Below are positions 60,014 through 64,000 of a stretch of 64,000 nucleotides of DNA, piece after piece. The stretch comes from Ginsengibacter sp. (lineage in GTDB: Bacteria; Bacteroidota; Bacteroidia; Chitinophagales; Chitinophagaceae), in contig JBQCIM010000117.1 in assembly GCA_051953735.1 (NCBI GenBank), forward strand, positions 18,319 through 82,318, given 5' to 3'. The notes beneath the pieces are model-generated. The model ran no database searches, was not told the origin of the DNA, and saw nothing but the letters and a program-made list of their open reading frames with translations. Made by a program: the position numbers and the translations under genes. Each line of letters begins with the position of its first letter. The first letter of the stretch is position 1.

Positions 60014-60086
60014 TGGTGTGGGGCGGGATTGAACCGCCGACACAAGGATTTTCAGTCCTTTGCTCTACCAACTGAGCTACCGCACC
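60014..60086 (-). tRNA. tRNA-Phe (GAA); CCA not encoded
   Basis: GGTGCGGTAGCTCAGTTGGTAGAGCAAAGGACTGAAAATCCTTGTGTCGGCGGTTCAATCCCGCCCCACACCA; -7 box TATTTTTG upstream. Confidence 0.93.
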
Positions 60087-60138
60087 AACGGGCGGCAAAA
60101 ATAGAATTATTCAGTTAAAATAAAAAGATTTTTCAACT

Positions 60139-62409
60139 TTAATTTCCGTATTCTGCCAGGAATTTTATCCGCATGATCTTTAATTGCTCAAGCGAGTAAT
60201 TTCCATCAGAAAGTTCGGCTTTGGCAGTTTCCAGGCTGGAGGTTTCACATCCTTTAAAATAATCAATGATCTCTTCTCTTTCGTATTCATCCATCAGATC
60301 ATCAATTGCATAATCCAGATTTAATTTTGTTCCACTTGCTACAATTGTTTCCATTTCTTCCAAAAGTTCATCAAGCCTTAGTGTCCGGTTTTTTGCAATC
60401 GTTTCCAATGGCATCTTTTTATCAACATTCTGAATGATGAAAATCTTGTTACTATTACGGTTTACAACACTTTTCATCACAAAATCATCTGGCTTCTCAA
60501 TTTCATTTTCCTCTACGTATTTCTCAATCAAATTGACAAATGGACGTCCGAATTTCATCGCCTTTCCAACACTAACACCCTGGCATTTTTCGAGTTCTTT
60601 TAACGTGGTTGGATAAAGAGTGGCCATATCAATCAGGCTATTTTCAAGGAAAATTACAAAAGGAGGCAAATTTCTTTTTTTTGCCTCCTGTTGGCGCAAA
60701 TCTTTTAATAATTGAATTAATTTTTCATCCGCAGCGCCTGCTTCTCCCGTTTCTACAGACTCGTCATCTTCTTCGCCATCAGTTTCATAAATATGATTTA
60801 GGGCAATTTTGAAAGAAGTAGGTTTCTTTAAAAAGGAGTCACCCTTTTTAGTAATTTTTAAAACCCCGTAATCTTCGATATCTTTTTGTACCAGATTTTC
60901 AAGAATCAGTTGACGTATCAATGAATTCCAAAAATGTTCATCTTTCTCTTTTCCACTTCCAAATTCAGGCCTTTCATCGTGCCTGTACATTTTGATCTGG
61001 GGATTCAATTTTCCAATAATAATCGGAATCATATAAGTAATTGGAAATCTTTCTTCCAAACCTTTGATCGCTTTTAACGCAATTAATGTTTCAACTTTTG
61101 CTTCTACAAGTTCTTTTGGCTTTTTACAGTTGTCGCACTTTCCACCACAATTATCCTGTGTATAAACTTCTCCGAAATAATTCATCAGCATTTTCCGGCG
61201 ACAAACGGCGCTTTCGGAATATGCAACCGTTTCATTGATCAATTGTGCGCCAATTTCTCTTTCACTAAGGGATTTATCGCGCATTAAGTGCTCAAGCTTC
61301 GCAACATCTTTATGAGAATAATATAATAAACATTTTCCTTCCAATCCATCACGACCGGCGCGACCCGTTTCCTGGTAATAATTTTCGATTGATTTTGGAA
61401 TATTATAATGAATTACAAAACGAATATCCGGCTTATCAATTCCCATTCCAAATGCTATAGTAGCAATGATTACCTGGATTTCTTCACCTAAAAACTGATC
61501 TTGTCTCTTCGCTCTTAATTTTGTGTCCAAACCGGCATGATAGGCTACAGCTTTGATTCCATTTGCCATTAAGGTATCTGCTAATTCTTCCGTGGTTTTC
61601 CGGTTCAGGGTATAAATAATTCCACTTTTGCCTTTATTTTGAGAAATGAATTTTACAATACTTTTTATCGCCTGATCCTTCTTTACTTTCGGAACTACTT
61701 CATAATATAAATTTGGACGATTGAATGAAGAAATAAAAACATTTGGCTCACGAAGACCCAAATTTTTAATAATGTCACTTTGAACCTTGGGCGTTGCAGT
61801 TGCAGTTAACGCAATTACCGGAGCACGCTCATCAATCTGCTCCATAATTTCGCGCAATCTTCTGTATTCAGGACGGAAATCATGTCCCCATTCACTGATA
61901 CAATGAGCTTCGTCTACTGCAAAAAATGAAATTTTTAAGTCTTTAAAGAAACCAACGTTTTCTTCCTTGGTTAACGTTTCAGGAGCCACATACAGTAGTT
62001 TTGTGTGCCGTGAAAGAAGATCATCTTTTACGATTTTCTGTTGGCCCTTATTTAATGAACTATTTAAAAAATGAGCAATATTGTCTTTGCTGCTATAGCC
62101 TCTTACAAGATCTACCTGGTTTTTCATCAGAGCGATAAGAGGTGAAACAATAATGGCACAGCCATCACTGATAATTGCAGGCAGTTGGTAACAAAGGCTT
62201 TTCCCACCACCGGTTGGCATAATTACAAAAGTATCTTTTCCGGATAAAAGACTTTTGATAATGTCGTGCTGGGGTTCTTTAAATGAATTAAATCCAAAAT
62301 GTTGTTGAAGTTTTTCTAAGAGAAATGTTTCGTCGGTGTTGCTGGAATCTTTGCTAAGCGATGTTTTGGAATTTTTAGGTTTTAATGGGTTTTTTGTTTT
62401 TGTGGACAT
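60139..62409 (-). CDS. recQ: ATP-dependent DNA helicase RecQ
   Basis: MPTGGGKSLCYQLP, VDEAHCISEWGHDFRPEY, QETGRAGRDG, Zn-binding Cys, RQC and HRDC domains. Confidence 0.97.
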   Translation of the reverse strand: MSTKTKNPLKPKNSKTSLSKDSSNTDETFLLEKLQQHFGFNSFKEPQHDIIKSLLSGKDTFVIMPTGGGKSLCYQLPAIISDGCAIIVSPLIALMKNQVDLVRGYSSKDNIAHFLNSSLNKGQQKIVKDDLLSRHTKLLYVAPETLTKEENVGFFKDLKISFFAVDEAHCISEWGHDFRPEYRRLREIMEQIDERAPVIALTATATPKVQSDIIKNLGLREPNVFISSFNRPNLYYEVVPKVKKDQAIKSIVKFISQNKGKSGIIYTLNRKTTEELADTLMANGIKAVAYHAGLDTKLRAKRQDQFLGEEIQVIIATIAFGMGIDKPDIRFVIHYNIPKSIENYYQETGRAGRDGLEGKCLLYYSHKDVAKLEHLMRDKSLSEREIGAQLINETVAYSESAVCRRKMLMNYFGEVYTQDNCGGKCDNCKKPKELVEAKVETLIALKAIKGLEERFPITYMIPIIIGKLNPQIKMYRHDERPEFGSGKEKDEHFWNSLIRQLILENLVQKDIEDYGVLKITKKGDSFLKKPTSFKIALNHIYETDGEEDDESVETGEAGAADEKLIQLLKDLRQQEAKKRNLPPFVIFLENSLIDMATLYPTTLKELEKCQGVSVGKAMKFGRPFVNLIEKYVEENEIEKPDDFVMKSVVNRNSNKIFIIQNVDKKMPLETIAKNRTLRLDELLEEMETIVASGTKLNLDYAIDDLMDEYEREEIIDYFKGCETSSLETAKAELSDGNYSLEQLKIMRIKFLAEYGN

Positions 62410-62667
62410 GGTTTTTCGTTTCTACTATTCAATCTTTAAAAAGGGTTCCAAAGTTAATTTATTAATTGAGAACTATGGTTAAAGTTATTCTATAAATTCC
62501 TCCTTAAAGTGAAATAATTTCCGTTAAGGTACGATGTTTTTGCTTCAAATAAAATAAATTTCAACACATTTTATTCCCCATGATTTTCCATACGTTTGCT
62601 GACATTTCAAAGAATTTGCGCATATTTGGAAACTAAAAGTAAAAAGTTGCCTTTCTAACCCTTTTTA

Positions 62668-63630
62668 ATGGAAAATAGCATTGTCAATACCGGTAAACAA
62701 ACAATTATCGCAGAATCTCATTCTATTGCAGAAATGGTAGATTTCGTAAACGACGATTTTGAAAAGGCTGTTTCAACTATTTTTTCATCAAAAGGCAGGG
62801 TTGTAATAAGCGGCATCGGAAAAAGTGCCATTGTTGCCCAAAAGATCGTCGCTTCTCTTAACAGCACCGGAACCCCCGCCATTTTTCTTCATGCTGCCGA
62901 TGCTATTCATGGTGATTTAGGAATGATTCAGCAGGAAGATATTGTAATGATCATCAGCAAAAGCGGAGACAGTCCAGAAATAAAAGTATTGGTTCCGCTG
63001 ATAAAGAACTTTCATAATCCTTTGATCGCAATTTGCGGAAACATGCAAAGCTACCTTGCCAGGTGCGCTGACATTGTTTTAAATACTACGATAAAAAAAG
63101 AGGCTTCACCATATAATCTCGTTCCGACAAGCAGTACAACTGCCCAAATGGTGATGGGAGATGCAATTACTGTTTGCCTTATGGAATTACGTGGATTTAA
63201 TTCAGATGATTTTGCTAAGTTTCATCCCGGCGGTGCCTTGGGGAAAAAATTGTACCTGCATGTTTCTGATCTCTCCGTAAACAATGAAAAACCATCGGTT
63301 AATGCAGAAAGTTTGTTGAAAGATGTAATTGTGGAAATAACAAAAAAACGTTTAGGCGTGACTGTTGTATTAAATGAAGATAAAAAAATTATCGGCATCA
63401 TTACTGATGGCGATCTTAGAAGAATGTTGGAAAAGGGTCTTTCGCTGACAGAAATCAAAGCAAAAGATATTATGACTTCCGATCCGAAAACAATTGAGGC
63501 AAAAAGTTTAGCGGTAAAAGCTTTGGACATCATGCGGAATAAAAATATTACACAATTAATTGTCACAGAAAATAACGAATATGCGGGCATTATCCATTTA
63601 CACGACCTTGTTCGCGAAGGAATTATTTAA
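62668..63630 (+). CDS. kdsD: KpsF/GutQ arabinose-5-phosphate isomerase
   Basis: GIGKSAIV, HGDLG, PTSSTT, FHPGGALG, two CBS domains. Confidence 0.93.
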   Translation: MENSIVNTGKQTIIAESHSIAEMVDFVNDDFEKAVSTIFSSKGRVVISGIGKSAIVAQKIVASLNSTGTPAIFLHAADAIHGDLGMIQQEDIVMIISKSGDSPEIKVLVPLIKNFHNPLIAICGNMQSYLARCADIVLNTTIKKEASPYNLVPTSSTTAQMVMGDAITVCLMELRGFNSDDFAKFHPGGALGKKLYLHVSDLSVNNEKPSVNAESLLKDVIVEITKKRLGVTVVLNEDKKIIGIITDGDLRRMLEKGLSLTEIKAKDIMTSDPKTIEAKSLAVKALDIMRNKNITQLIVTENNEYAGIIHLHDLVREGII

Positions 63631-63641
63631 ATAAGAGTTTT

Positions 63642-64000
63642 ATGAATAAAAATAATTATGTCGCCATTATGGCCGGTGGTATTGGAAGTCGTTTCTGGCC
63701 GGTAAGCCGTGTGGATTATCCAAAACAATTCCTGGATATTTTAAACACCGGAAAAACATTGATCCAGTCTACATTTGAAAGGTTTGCACAATATATTCCT
63801 CTCGAAAATATTTATATTGTCACCTCTCATCAATACAAAGATCTTGTTGCTAAACAATTACCACAATTGCCAGTTGAAAATATAGTTTGTGAACCTTCAA
63901 GAAAAAACACGGCGCCCTGCATCGCTTATATTTCCTATAAACTGCAACAATTGAATCCTGACAGCAATTTGATTTGTGCTCCTGCAGATCATTTGATTCT
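63642..64000 (+). CDS. manC: Mannose-1-phosphate guanylyltransferase (5-prime part; runs off the window; absent from the ORF track)
   Basis: MNKNNYVAIMAGGIGSRFWPVSRVDYPKQFLDIL...EPSRKNTAPCI...PADHLI. Confidence 0.92.
   Translation, partial: MNKNNYVAIMAGGIGSRFWPVSRVDYPKQFLDILNTGKTLIQSTFERFAQYIPLENIYIVTSHQYKDLVAKQLPQLPVENIVCEPSRKNTAPCIAYISYKLQQLNPDSNLICAPADHLI

Noticed and set aside
59769-60098. 109-aa minus-strand ORF
   Set aside because: It runs through tRNA-Phe and its terminator, so it is an artefact
62410-62667. recQ-kdsD spacer as a candidate oriC
   Set aside because: It contains divergent promoter boxes but only a weak DnaA-like 9-mer and no box cluster
1-64000. CRISPR arrays, IS elements, prophage, toxin-antitoxin or known defence genes, rRNA
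   Set aside because: No repeat-spacer periodicity and no integrase, transposase or Cas motifs were seen by eye; small ncRNAs cannot be excluded without an Infernal/Rfam search

Overview
Core-genome window from an AT-rich Bacteroidota chromosome. The gene set and TAnnTTTG promoters suggest a Chitinophagaceae-like organism; this taxonomy is an inference. It holds about 57 CDS and two tRNAs (Ile2-CAT and Phe-GAA). Housekeeping genes include gnd, gldA, surA, rimP-nusA-infB, pcrA, purH, kbl, carB, adk, mlaEFD, asnS, rho, lpxH, holB, ricT, nadD, ybeY, mnmG, recQ, kdsD and a partial manC. Two parS sites lie just before mnmG, suggesting an origin-proximal location. I found no CRISPR array, integrase or transposase. 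The main points of interest are: (1) a five-gene Rrf2-linked putative Fe-S repair / nitrosative-stress operon, whose RIC protein has three tandem DUF2249 domains and whose promoter carries a perfect 11-bp inverted repeat; (2) carB split by one in-frame TGA at the domain junction; (3) comEC broken by +1 in an A9 tract; (4) an HD-phosphohydrolase-YitT fusion; (5) several genes whose -7 promoter box sits only 4-5 nt before the ATG, suggesting leaderless mRNAs. All product calls come from motif recognition by eye; no database searches were run.
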